DNA of 64,000 bases from assembly GCA_012295275.1 (NCBI GenBank), contig CM022665.1, positions 23,374,001 through 23,438,000 on the forward strand, written 5' to 3'. A program made the position numbers and the translations under genes. This document shows, one piece after another, positions 34,826 through 49,191 of the stretch; within the stretch, counting starts at the first letter, position 1; each line of letters opens with the position of its first letter. The notes under the pieces were generated by a model, which worked only from the letters and a program-made list of their open reading frames with translations, had not been told where the DNA came from and made no database searches. The stretch comes from Chrysomallon squamiferum (lineage: Eukaryota; Animalia; Mollusca).

Positions 34826-37800
34826 TTAGTTTATTTTATTTTATTATTTTATTTTTATTTTTATTTTTATTTTTTAAAATTATTTTATTTTATTTTTAAA
34901 CATGTTGCAGAAGTTACGGAAAAAAAACAGTATTTGTAGGACAGTTAAGAGAACATGTAAGGTAATTAAACCAGTTACAAAACATTTTAAAGTCAGATTT
35001 GGAAATGACCTGGCTTTGTTGTAAAATGTGACAAAACCGTTTCATTTTTCTAATCCGAACTATAAAGATATTTTTAACTTTCATAAGATCAGAATTATCT
35101 GTATCATGTTTATAAGAGCAGCATATATTTTCATTGATCTATCTTTATACATGTGTACACGTGAGGGATTCAACTAAAGCACCCAACATTATCTTTTATT
35201 AAACTAAACGTGCATTTCTCTTTACTTAGACTTAATGTACTTGGGAAATTACTTCAAGACACTTGAGACATTAACATTGGTAAACACAGTGGGGCTGGGT
35301 TAAGGAACCCACCAACTGTAACTGGTCAGGTGTTTAATGTTATCAGTGTGAATGGGGTGAAAGTTAGTTCACAGAGAAAGAGAATACCTGGCAAGAGAAA
35401 GACGTTTGGGTCCAGTTCCTCATATTCTATACACTGTCTATGTTACTATTGTGGATTAACGAATGTAATCAAGATCAAACTTCTGTAGTTTTCCTACGAG
35501 AGTGATTTATGCTTTATATAATATAAAGATTATACAGATAATAAAGAATATTATTAAATAAACAAAAGTTTAAAGCATTTATTGCCCAAATCAGCATTAT
35601 ATACATGATCTGCAACTCACACATTCATATTTGTTATCCATTATATTTTATATATAAACCAGAAAACCATTAATAAGGTAAAAACAAAAATACCCATTAA
35701 AATAAATTGTAAATAACAATCATAAAATCTGGACATAAACTTTTCCCAATCAATATTGATGTAGAAAAATAAATATTGAAAAAAACAACCATCTGTGTTC
35801 TACAGTACCAGTATTAATTTGTTCTTTTCTGCTAAAAACTGAGAAATACATCATGTCTTTAAAGGAAATTTGATGTACAGTGCTTTGCATAGATTAGTCA
35901 AAGTTTCAGTTAAAGTCAGTTGTTACAGGTTATTTTAACTAAATATTCTGCAAATGGGATGTTATGCAGAATTATGTTCATTGGGAATGCAACATAAAAT
36001 GGGCTTTATTTTTACAAACAAATAAAATAACCCAAGAATATTCATACATCTGGTTATGGAAAATCATGGAATGTTCATTACAACTATCAGGAAAATCTGA
36101 TTCATTATATGTGCAATAACCTTTAAACAAGATTATTTTATCGAACATTTCAGTATGTTCAAAAAGCTTCTTATAACACAATGAAAGAAATACGAGTATT
36201 TTTATTTTTCAGATAAATAAAAATTAGAATGCATAATACTATAGTAAAGCTAGTAAATCTGGATAATCTATGTTTAAATAGGTCTTACTGAGTAACAGTT
36301 ACAACCAATAAGCAATAACTAACAGAAAATAAAAACAAAAAATAAGAAAATAAAAACCTGCAATAAACAAAGAAGTATTTCAAAACCCTAAAAGCCATAT
36401 AAGAATAAAATACTACATATTATTTTGTTTATAACACAAGTTATATAAAAATGTCAACTGTCATGATATATGAAGATGAATAACAATTTTGAACTGTGAT
36501 AACAAGAAGTACTACTAAATAATAAATTGGTCTAAATGCATTCTATTTACTTCCAAGTTATTTTAACTTATAATATATGACCACAATAAAATAAATTTGT
36601 GAAGAGGCACTGAGACTGAAATTTCCTTTTGTATATTTTCTTAATCCAAAATGTGCAAAAAAGAAAAACAAATGCAACAACAGACCTTCAGTCTATCAGG
36701 GATTTCTGCACATTTTGAATTAATTTATAAAAGAAAATATCTGCATTCTTTGGAATTTGTTATTTTATTGTTATACTCTGTTACTGTCACAAATTAGTAG
36801 CCAAAAATGAACAAAACTAATCTGAAAGTACACAAAATATTTTTAAGCTATATTTTTTTTCAGACTACAACAGGTAGGTCTACACCATAGCAAATTTTAA
36901 GCTAATTAGCCACTGATATCAGTTTTGAAACAAAGAGATTCAAAAGTGATAATTAAATTATAGAAGCCATAACATTATTTTGCTGACTCAAACAACCATG
37001 AATATCACACATATAGCTTAATCAGGATATTGAAATAACAAAATTGTATGTATGTCCGTGTATGTGTGTGTATAGATAGATAGATAGATAGATAGATATA
37101 TTAAAAACTTGTGAAGCAAAATTAATTTAATCACAACTCTTCAGATGATACAATTTCTGATACTGAAATAAATATTCTGTTTGAATACTACTAATATTAA
37201 TAATTAATAGTAGCAGTAGTTTTCTATTTTATCTTTATGTCCTTAACTATAAATTCAAAATTCAGCTGTTACTATGTCCATATGGACTGCTGAAAAGATA
37301 TGTAATGAGAGTGGATCAGTAAAACAATACATCACTTTATATCATGCAGCCTTCAGTGTAAAGATATGTGCACTGATATGAGACATTCTGTTTTGGTTAA
37401 CTTTTGACCAACTTTTATTTACTGGAACATAATGATCTGAATGTCAGTCATTATTACACAAGTTAGCCCTTGTTCTTGTTATATCCATGTTATCTACTCA
37501 TGAGTAATAAGAGTATTAGGACTGAGATCATTGAAATGAGATCCCATATATTCTGTACTACAGTATATTTCAAATGATTTGGATTATTAGTATATCAATA
37601 CCCACTGATATTAAAAAAAATTGTGTCATTTCGTTGATACACCAAATAAACCGATGTATAGGATTTCTTTCAGCAACATTAAGAAACACAAAATAAAACA
37701 AGATAGGAGAAAGGAGTTAATATATAGCTGCCTTATTACAAGCAATTATCACCTTTATATATATATCAGAAAATTAAAATAAGTATATGTTAAGTATTTT

Positions 37801-37871
37801 ATACTTATGAAATATACTTCTTATAAAAAATATGGGAATATGTTTAAAAGGTCATCAAGAAATTTGCTTCT

Positions 37872-40720
37872 TTAATCCCACCATTTCTGCATCATATAAT
37901 TCTGGTTACTCTCCTTGATAAATCCAAACTGTGAGTAGAACTTCACCAGATGATCACGACACTCCAGCGATACTTTGTAACAGCCAACCTTTTCACTAAG
38001 TAATGTCATCGCATCCACCATACTGCAAAATAGACATTTATTAATTTCTACAAAAGCAAAAAGCCCAAAACAACATGCATTACTAACGGTCTGAAGTAGC
38101 TTATAAATTAAAATTAAGGACAATACAAGATGAAAAATTTACAAATGTAAAGCAAATAATGGCTTGCACTACTGGATACATTTCATTTATTGTTTGTTTA
38201 AAGTGTTTGTTTGCATACAATGTATCTTAAAGAATGTAATGTTTATTGTAATGTATTGCTTTCTTTTCGTTTAATGTTTGATATGTTTGATTTAAGGATT
38301 CGAATCAGTGATGAAAAACCCCCATTAAAAAACATTAGTTTGTGATTAACAATAACATATCTGAATATAAATGAAATAAATGTATTTGTACATTTTCTAC
38401 TTACAGTTTACCTAACTGCTTCCCTCTGTAATTATTGCTAATGACAACATCTTCCACTCTGCCTCTCTAAACAAAAAAGAAAAAAAGAAGGAAGGATAAT
38501 GTTTTTGTTGTAGAACAGAATAGGTATTTGCAGCTGAAAAATTACATTGATTATAATGTATGCAACAAACTGAAAATAACTGTTGTCACTTTAATGTAAG
38601 AACACATTATTAGTTTCCATAAAATGTATTTTGTGTTTGAAGTCATCCACATTTGGCAGTTTAAGGGGAAATGTGTGGCAAAAAAATAAAGATTATATTA
38701 CAGAATCAAAACTTCATGGAAATAATCCCCTTTTAAAAAACTTGTACCAGTCTAATTTTTTTATGATAAATGGTTACTTTTAATTTTATATCTGCCATTC
38801 TAAATTCTGGGTTTCATCATAGACATGTATTTCTACAAAGTGACAGAAAGAAATTAGTCTTTGTTTACATACTTCAAAAGAAATAATTTTAAAAATAATA
38901 ATAATATGTTCTTCATTTATATTTTGAAATAACAGAAAGTAGTATAAATGGGTGATATGAAAAGAATAGTTTATTTTTCCAAAATTTTCTTTCTGTCATT
39001 TTATAGTGTTTTGAAACTCTAGCACAAATAGTTTTCTAAACAGTCACGTCATGAACTAAAAAATAGTTTTGTTTATTCAAATTTTGTAGTGTTTTGCCTA
39101 GCATGTTCCCTTAATGAAAGGAATGATCTGAAGTAATAAGAAATATGTAAATGAATTAAGAAAACAGGTTTGGGGGCTTTTTTGGATAAATATTCCACAG
39201 AAGTAATGCATCTCCCTGACAGTCTTTAAGTCATTGTATATAAATAAGTTAATTTCATTGGCTGAAAATGAAATTAACTTATTTTATTGTGAAAATCCCC
39301 CAGAAAGAAACCAAACTATTCAGTCTAATATCAAGGAAAGATTGTTCCTGCTGCATGTTTCTGGCTGGGCATGGAGATGGTTTTAAAGGTGGAGACTGAT
39401 GAATGGCAATATGGCTCAGGCATCATTTTTAAAAATAAAGTTTGTAGCTGTTATTGAACAAAAATTCAGAAGTCAATGGAATCATTTACATTCTAAAATT
39501 TGATTAGTATATTCTGAATTATGATGTTTTTTTTCTGATTAATTTACTCAGAATAATTAGAAAACTTTTCTGATTTGTGCATTCTAAATAACTATGAAGT
39601 TTTTTTCTGATTAATCTACTCAGAATAAGAATACCACTGTTACAGCAGTACTTCAGACACATTCTCAGTTTTTACAATAAAACTTACTGCTGATGCACTG
39701 TGTATAAATTTGGTTTCCTTGACAAGGGTAGCTGAACCTATAACTTGGTTAGTCTCTGTATCCTCTAATACTGTGACATAGTAATTCTCCGGGCAGTTCT
39801 TCATCTGGTTAAATCTAGCTGAAATGTATCACAGTGAAAACTAATGGACAGAGTAGTAATAATATATGGGAGGCTTAAATATAATAAGATACATTTATAT
39901 ACAGATATATATTTATTATTATTATTATTTTATAACAGTAATTTTTCAAAATGTGCCTTTAAATTAGTATGTATATAAATTCTTAAAGTTTTTTGTTCAC
40001 AAATTTTCATATAAAGAGTGTGAATATTTACTTGCTGATTTATTTCTTCTTCTTTTTTTTCTTTAATTAATAGTATAATATTAAATGTAATATACCTGTA
40101 AACTGTTCCCTTGATACGTCTCCTACTCTAGTTAACTGTTCTAGTAGCTGAAGGTAACCTATGTATGAAAATAGATACATAATAATATAGATAATTAATA
40201 ATGTTTACAGGTTAGTCAGAATAAATAAGATATATTTTACAAAAGTAAACACTTCTGACTGGCAAAAATTTTAACATACAAGAAAAAGACCCTACCAGCC
40301 AAATATAATTTATGATCTAATATCGTGTATCTCCTGAACACATAAAAGAAATATTCTTAAATTATAACAAACAAAAAAAAAGAATCATAAAATATGTGCT
40401 GATATTTCTAAATGCATAAATAATATATATCTGAATGATTTAGTATAAAAGGAGTAAACTGTTTTCTGAAATATACGTTGTTAGAAAAACGAGGGCAGTA
40501 TGCACAGTACTTCTCCGTAATTTATTATTCTTGAAAGGCGGTCATAAATAAAATAAAATATATGATAACAAAAATAATACTGGAGGTGCACTGTTGCCTT
40601 AATCTCATATACTTTGCACATATATCTAGTTATTCTTAACTATTCAAACATTTTCATACACATTCGAAAGACAACAGTATAGTGTAAGCCTTTACATATT
40701 CGTAATATATATACATATAC

Positions 40721-40794
<74 letters not shown>

Positions 40795-41977
40795 TACAGT
40801 GACAATGACACAGATATTATCAATTAAATTCTAGCAGAGTGAACAACTGTAATACCTTTCATTTTCATTTAAAAATATTCTTAAACACTTTTATATTTTG
40901 TTTTATTTATTACTGAATTAAGCATTTATTTTTATTATTAGCTGCTTTAAAAAACAGTATATAGTAGATCTTTCAGTTTAGCTTTCATAGTACATTTTAG
41001 CAAGTGCCAATGTTTATTTAAGATGTCAAAACAGAACTAAAAGAATGTTAAGATTGTATTATACTGTCTATAAAAAGTGAAAATATATTAATGACTTAAT
41101 TTAAAAAGGTAATGAATAATATAGCTGTATTTTGTTAGTTAATTTTTGATAATTTATTAACAGCTCAATATTTCTCTTACAGAAGAAATTGTAACTAATA
41201 TTTTTAAAGTAGGCACAATAATATATGAACTGAATAGATAACTGCAATATATATATAATTTTTTAAAACCTCTTTTCAATCAAGTGGGCAAAAATCCTGT
41301 AATTTAAATGTTTCACGCTATACAATATACATTTTGTGGCACAAAATACATGTTATCTTGCTTCAGTATTTATTTTAAAAATAAATTATATTAGGAGAGA
41401 ACAAAACAAAATAATAATAAGAAGAAGAAGAAGAAAAAAAAGAAAAAAAATCAGTATGTCATACCTCTGTCATAATCTCCTAAACAAAGTGGCCTCATGA
41501 TAAGGTTTTCACCAGGGTGTTTTGGTGAAATAGGAGGATCGTAACGAGCCACAGATTTGCTAAAATCTATTGTTTTCAGTATTTCTGGATCATATTGGGG
41601 AACATCTTCTACTCCATTCTAAAAAATTAATATAATTCTATATAAATAATAATAAGAAAAATTGTTTAGGAATAACAAAAAAACTAATGATATATCCTGC
41701 AACAGAACATCTGTAATAATTTGTATACCTTCAAATTCAATTCAACTTTTGATTTGTAAAACAAATTAAAATATAAATGATTAATAGGTAAATATAAAAT
41801 AATATGTTAATAACTTAATACTCGACGAAGAAATTTGTTAATGGGTCTTATAACTTTATTAATATTATTATTATCTCTTTTATTTTTTGTTTTATAAATT
41901 ATTTTTTTATCTTTTCCTTAATTACAAAGTTAGTGTCAGAAAGAGCACTGAGTTCTCACCTCTAAAGGAATCGACAT
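37872..41977 (-). CDS. GNPNAT1: Glucosamine-6-phosphate N-acetyltransferase (GNA1), 6 coding exons
   Basis: Spliced: MSIPLE|NGVEDVPQYDPEILKTIDFS..PPISPKHPGENLIMRPLCLGDYDRG|YLQLLEQLTRVGDVSREQFT|ARFNQMKNCPENYYVTVLED..VIGSATLVKETKFIHSASA|RGRVEDVVISNNYRGKQLGKL|MVDAMTLLSEKVGCYKVSLEC..LVKFYSQFGF..NYMMQKWWD*. Confidence 0.96.
40723..40790. repeat. (AG)n microsatellite in a GNPNAT1 intron
   Basis: Seen directly. Confidence 0.95.
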
Positions 41978-42420
41978 GATTAAAAGCTACAAAAGATCTA
42001 TGTGAACGTGTACATACAATTAATAAACACGTTTCTGCTACTAAAGTACAACGTGTCTCTATTGATTTTAAGATAAATTTATGAATAAATATTCACTAGG
42101 CAATTGACGTCACATGGCATTTTGACAGGTACACATAAAACAGACATTTACACGTTAACCTTTTTTTTGCCCCCCCTCGAACTAAAGCGGAATGTAATAT
42201 ACTAAACAGTTTATTAATGACCTTTTTCGTGGTGTCATAGTAGTCTCGGTCAAAAGATAGTTTTGGGGTTAAAGGAGAAATCTATCGAGACTCGGATCCA
42301 AAGAGCCATGTGTTAAAAGCAACAATTTTTAATAAATATAATGTTACTGACTAATATACACTTATAATTTCGTTACATATAATTCGCAGAATAGGACAAC
42401 GTTTTCCGAAGTTGTTTAAT
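41978..42420. promoter_or_regulatory. Bidirectional GNPNAT1/CRLS1 promoter with CRE/E-box
   Basis: 443 nt between divergent ATGs, CpG-retaining. Perfect TGACGTCA at 42105-42112 overlapping GTCACATG. Confidence 0.6.
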
Positions 42421-45400
42421 ATGTCTGTGCCTGTAACGTACATTTCCAGGCATATGAATATCGTTAAGAAATGTATTTTTACTGTATCTGAATCTTTTCA
42501 CATTCAGGACAAACACTCTTTAAATGTACTGTCACAATTGACTGCTGGTATTAGTCGGAGGTTTTTCAGTTCAGACAGATCGACATTGACATGTATGAAG
42601 ACCAAAATATATTCGAAAGACAGTTCATTCTTGTGTTCACAAATTCTGAAAAACCCTTGTTTATTTAAATTAAACAAACCATGCCAGAGAAATTTTACTA
42701 ATGGTAAAAATATTATGTTGCCAAATATGCGGAACAGACATTTCTGTATATCAAATAGTTTGAACAGAAACAGAATATGTAATAAATGGTTGCCAATTGT
42801 GAGTATTGAAGTTTCAAGACGTCAGTTGGACTCAGCATTTAAACCAAGATATTGCTTTGCAAAACACAACAAGATCTCTTACGATACACAACATGCAAAG
42901 GTGATGGAAAGAAAGAAGATATACGGAGGAGGGGTATGTAGGCAAATTAAAGTTTTAAATAAATAAAAATAATTATTCCATAGGTGGTAAACGTTTCTTG
43001 ATAAATTAAGTAATATATTATTTCTTAATTCCTATTCTTTTCAGAAAGAAAATATTTTAACTATTCCAAACCTTTTGACAATTTCAAGGATTGTTGCTAC
43101 TCCATTTCTTGGCTATATGGTTCTTCATGAACATTTTGACTGGTCCTTGGGCATATTTGCTTATGCTGGAATCACTGATCTGGTAATTTGTTTGTTTTAT
43201 CACTTTCTTCTCTAACTTGTACTTTTTATTAAATGTATTTTTAATGATATTGTACATTTTCATGGTTCTTACACATCTTGGAAATAGGGAATAAAATGGA
43301 ATTAAAGTTATTTCCATTAATGTAATATCTCAAAAGTTAACAATTGCAATACATTCAAGATGACATTTGGTGAAAATATTGATAATCTATCCTCTTGAAA
43401 TATTTTTGAATTCATTGTTTTAAGTTATAAAGAACCATGATTTTGTATATCTACATCACTAGAACACTTCTTTTTGTTATTTGATTTGATTTTACTTTAT
43501 TTATTTTTACTCATTTATCTGTATTTATATAATTTAACTAGAATATCAGATATAGGAGGCAATAAAAGGAGGCTTAGTATTTAAAAATCATTTAGAAAAA
43601 TATAATTATCAGCGACTGTCTTGTAATTTTTCAGCTTGATGGTTACATTGCCAGAAACTTTTCAAACCAGAACTCTGCTCTTGGCACTGCACTTGACCCA
43701 CTGGCGGACAAACTGCTTGTAATAGTGTTGACCTTGACACTTACTAATGTAGATCTTATACCAAGTGAGCCTTAGTGGTTTCATCTAATCATTTGTTTTC
43801 TGGTTAGGAAAACAGTTTCGTGACTCTTGCAAGATTTTAGTAGGATGACTTTATGATTTACAGACCTGCAGTGGTGGATTTATAATATATATATACACAT
43901 TATTTTCAGCTTGATGCTAAAATGCAGACATAAATGTTATCCAGTGATTGATGTGTAATGTATTTTGTTACCTTTTGTCAAACTAAAAAGACAAATAATT
44001 ATTATTTAGGTTTTCAGACATAAAGACTTGATGTAAAAATGACTCAAACGGTGTCCATTTTTAAAATATATATATATATATATATATATTGTTTTTTTTA
44101 TAACTTTTATAACTTTTTATTTATTTTCAGTGCCTTTAACAGCTTTGATAATTATTCGTGATGTGGCACTTATTGCATCAGTTTTCTACATCCGATACAT
44201 TTCATTGCCACCTCCAGTAAGTTTTGTTTTCTGATACGGATCTTGCCAAAATTAATAATCTGGGAACTATTTATTGGAAATATTTGTAAGAAGCAGCTCA
44301 GAAAATTTTATTGTACATTTTTTCATTTAAAGAGCAACAGTCATGAAAAACATATTTGACTTAATTGTATGATACACACAATTTTCCATTTATAATATAT
44401 ATGAAGCCTACAAAATTTTGTGTTGATCCATTTGATGGATTTTATTATACTGGCAATAATCAATCACACTTCTTGACTTGCCTTGAAAATTATCAGCAAG
44501 CTAACACACTATTACCTAATTAGGCATGTGTCACATAAAGTCAGTACAGAGCATTTAGCCATAGTGCTTTCAAGTAAAAGCAAATGAAAATAACATTTTT
44601 TTTTTTTTTTTGTTCCCAACACCAATTTTTTTTTTAAATATGCAGCGATAGTAAACACATGCACTATAAGTACATCAAAAAGGGATTGAAAAGGGTTAGA
44701 CTATTCTACATATTTCCAAAAGATTGGCCAGCATTGTGATTGTGGAAGGGATTTGTTAAGCGTAAGTATCCCTTTGTGATGTCACTGGCAATAGTAGGTC
44801 AGGCTGAGTGTGATCATTTTTTAAATGACTATCAAATATAGCAATAAGAACACTGTTTCCTTTTATACTGTTAAAATGCCTTGATTGTTGCTTTTTAAAG
44901 AGAATGAACTGGAAAATGAAAATATTTAAGATATCTTTTTAATGTAGTAAACAAAAAAAACTGTAAATAACTGCCTGCTTTTAATAATGTGATGTGGCAG
45001 AACAAAACTTATTTAAGAATATTAAAAAAAGAGAGACGGAGACAGATCATAAAAATATAGATAGTAAGTAAGATTAAAAACAATAAATTATAAATTAATG
45101 TTTAATATTTGTTTAACAGAAAACAATGTCGAGATATTTTGATGTGACTTTGGCAACAGCCAAACTCTATCCATCAATGCTAAGCAAGGTAATTTACAGC
45201 TTTTGATTATTTTACTTTTATAAAATATAAGCAAATTAAGTGAAACCATATTTAACTAAATATAAAACAAGAATACAATATTTTTTTTTTTAAATAGATA
45301 ATTATTACAGTATAAACTGTTAAACAGCATTCAGGTAAAAAAAACCAATCTCTATTATTTTTAAGGTTTTTAAATCTGTGTATGAGAAGTAGTCTTCTAA

Positions 45401-46098
45401 GTATTTTTTCCAACCTAGTTCTCTTGGTGTTTCTGTATCTTGAGCATATTAATCTGAAAATAATTTTATAAAAGAATCTTGAAACGTGAAAAAATTCAGA
45501 ATTGTATTTGATAGTTGTGATATATTTGTTTGTTTGTAAAAAAGAAATTGTAATTGTTTACTTAACATATACATTATCCACTACTGGAAAAAGTAGTGCA
45601 TTATAAATATTATTTTCATTTTTTAAAAGATAAACACAGCATTACAGCTGTCTTTGGTTGCCTTTACACTTGCTGCTCCTGTTTTTCATTATGTGGACCA
45701 CCCTCTGCTGCAAGCATTATGGTATGTAAAACTTTATACAAAGAACTATATAAAAAATATTTCACAAATTAATCCATACATCATTCTCTTGTATCATCAT
45801 AATTGTATTGTGCATGATAACTGGCGCAAAAATAACTTCATATCAAATATACTGCTGTTTCATTACATATTCATTTATTCATTAACTTGAAGCTTGCACA
45901 ATAGTGAACTGTATCATCAAACATTTGTATATTAGGAGGTAAAAGAAACATTATTATTATTATTATTATTATTATTATCATTACAGGTGTGCCACAGGTG
46001 CTACAACTTTTATGTCTGGATTATCTTACATGATTTCCTGGAGAAAAAATTTCAGAGTACTCAAAGCCGAAAAAAGCTCACAAGTGACCAAAATGTAA
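42421..46098 (+). CDS. CRLS1: Cardiolipin synthase (CDP-alcohol phosphatidyltransferase), 7 coding exons
   Basis: A long basic first exon (42421-42933), then [16 protein letters not shown].., the CDP-alcohol motif TDL|[52 protein letters not shown]|[23 protein letters not shown]|[24 protein letters not shown], ending in TAA at 46096-46098. Confidence 0.95.
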
Positions 46099-46998
46099 CA
46101 TGTATCACTCCTGTCAGGAGTATAAAATATAGTCTGTTGGCATGTCTCAGCATTGCATTACACAAAATAACTATCCAACATCAGTTTAGCCTTACATACC
46201 AATACCAACTTAATTTTGGATGTGGTTCAGTTATAGGGGAAAAAAATACATTTTACATTTTTGGATAGACTACTTAGTATGCTATTTAATTTTTATACTT
46301 GAGGATAAAATTTTGTAGAACTTTCCAGCATCATTTGGAATTTTTATTATTATATATATTTTTTTTTTCTGCTATGTTTGAATAAGTTTACATTTTTAAG
46401 AAATCTGACAGTGAACTGATTATTTGACATTAATTAAATAAAAGTTAATTAAATCATAAATATGAAAAATTAGCATAAAATGATTTGTTACAGATCATTG
46501 AAAATATTGGCTTCAATTATATGTACATTTTGGTGTGTTGGTTGAAATCTAACAAACTGAATAACCTGGAATTTGCTTTGAGTTTATATATATATCTTTA
46601 TCTGGGTAGAAGGGACAGCAATATTTACATGAAAACCAATGACCATATAATTTTCAAGTTTTTATTGGTGCAAAAATTCTATATTAATATTTTTTATTGA
46701 CCTTTTTTTTTTTTTATGTAGGGAAGGGGTTGATAATTTTTAGTAAAACTAAATTTTTTTTTAACTAGTATATTTGGCTAATGTATTGTAATACATTGTT
46801 TTTATTCCCATTTTTGAAATACTTTGATAGTTATATATAAATCATGATTTTGGATTTTGTGTGCTATTATTTATCTCTACCTGTAAAATGGATAAGCTTT
46901 CACAGCCATCACCTTTGTGTAAATTATAATACCCATGAAGATTACTTCATATCATTAATTTTTCAAATGAATATGAAAGTTATTTGCCAATTGCATTA

Positions 46999-47002
<4 letters not shown>

Positions 47003-47050
<48 letters not shown>
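47003..47050. repeat. (ATT)n microsatellite
   Basis: Seen directly. Confidence 0.9.
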
Positions 47051-47051
<1 letters not shown>

Positions 47052-49191
47052 TAGTAAGTGTTACCAATGCAATGGCAGCCTATTCCTCTAAAAAAAAAGG
47101 AAATATATTTATATACCATGTATATCATTATGTAATATCAAAATTCTTTTTTATTATTTGAAAGTAATCATTTTTATTGATTTTGTTCATATTTGAAACA
47201 AGGTGACAGGAATTGTATGTAACACACAAGTTGTTTTGGTTTTGTGTGATGTTAAATTGATACACAAAGTATTAGTTGATGTACACAGTGATGAGGAATT
47301 GCCCTCACTTAAATATAGACAAAATGGAGTACATATTAGAATATGTTTTTTATTATTATTATTTTTTTAATTTATTTATTTATTTTTTTATTTTATTTAT
47401 ATATTTTAAATCTTATATTGTAAAAAGTAATCAAACAGGAAGTTTGCATTTTATAAACTGTGCAGTTATTAATCATTTTAGAATTTTCCAGAGATGAATC
47501 CTTGCCATTTGTTTTGAAATGGGTACACTTAAATACATTTTTACAAGGATTTTATATATTTAAAATTTTATTTTGTAAAAAAAAGAAAAATTCATTTTGT
47601 CCACCCTTCAGTGAGATGTGTCAGTAAAAATTATTTTTCATTTATGTGTTTTGTTTTTTGCATAAATAATGATTTGTATAAAAGATGAAGGTGAATATAC
47701 TCTAAAATCAGTGTGTAATCTTTACTTGGTCCATGAAGCCATTTAGTAAACATTAATATTTTCTTAGACTACAGCTGGTTAATTGCCAAAGGATTTTAAC
47801 ATCTGCTAAATAAACTTAATTATTAACAACAAAACAATTACTTTATTATATATTTAATAAAATTGAATCAACAGTGACAAAATTTGTAGTAGCAGAGAAT
47901 ATCACAGATACAATATATTACAAACTTAAATAAAACAACACAATTTATAAATTAAAATACTGTACTTTGAAAGTTTGGTGTATAGATTCTTGTATTCCAA
48001 AAGACATTTGGTAAATGTTATTGATCAAAATACTGATGAAACTTCAGACAAAAATTTTGACAGCACTAATCAATTATTTGGTAACCTATTTTATTTATTT
48101 GAAATTGGGCAAATATTTCTAAAACTATTGGCATTTAAATAACTTTATAAATTATTCATCATTTCCTAAAGAACAATAATTTACTTCTTACTGTTTATCA
48201 AATGCAAACTTGAAAAGATGATTTATTGGTTTAGGAAAGTCATGGGAACTGAATGGAATGAAAGATAAACTTTAACTGCTAAATGTATACAAGAAAATCA
48301 TCAAATAACATATTTAATAAAATCTTATATAACCATAACATTTAAAACTTCATTTGTATGCTGTAAAAGTATTTTTCCAGAACAAAGAATATAACACGTA
48401 AACTGCATATTTGCTAGTGTAAAAGAAAAAAACAGTAAAAGCATTTTAAATCACAAAAGCAGAAATTACTAATATGTACAATATGAAGGTATTTTGTGGT
48501 TGTTCTGTCTAGGTAATGTGAGTAAACAATGTAATTAAAGTAATAATACAAAACTAATATGTATCCCAATTATTTTCCTATAATGATAAACCCTGTCATT
48601 ACTGTTATGTGAAATTAAAGGAATGCCATTCAATAACTGTTCATTAATTCCTGAGGAATGCAATATGGTAAGGATAAGAAATAAAAATGCATTCAATAAA
48701 AGCAAAACTAAAAGTAGAATTAAAAATGTAAGCTGAATGGTTCTGAAGGAATTGTAGTAAAAGCAGTAGGGAATAAAAACAAAAATCAATGGAAACATAA
48801 AATTTGCTAAAAATAACCCCAATAAAATGAACTAATTCATTTTGTCAAAATCTGTAAAACAGACAGAAACTGCCATTTTGTGTGCAGCATAAATGCATTC
48901 TGTTTGTAAGAGTGTCATGCTGTTTTCTTCTCCATTGGCAACAACCACAGAAAGTTTATGTTAATGTTTGTTCAGATAAAAACAGTTAAACCAAGCAACA
49001 TTTTAAAGCTTAAAACAGGCTAAAACAAAACTGTGCCTAAACAAAATATTTGATTCAAATTTTGTTTAAATGACATGTTACTCATTATGAGTATACCAAG
49101 ACTAACGTTAAATATTTTACAATTTGCCTTTAGGAAGACAGTTTTCATCCTGTTGGCTGTGCATGAAAATATATTTTTGAAAACTATTATT

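Noticed and set aside
35150-35540. Complex intergenic block with TGTA...TACA ends (solo LTR?)
   Set aside because: No target-site duplication, PBS/PPT or second copy visible; may still be repeat-derived.
39505-39630. Two copies of TTTTTTCTGATTAATYTACTCAGAATAA
   Set aside because: Ordinary degenerate intronic tandem duplication, not a CRISPR-like array.
40488-40602. Imperfect inverted repeat ending GTGCACTGTTGCCTTAA
   Set aside because: Probably a decayed MITE end, but too degenerate to call.
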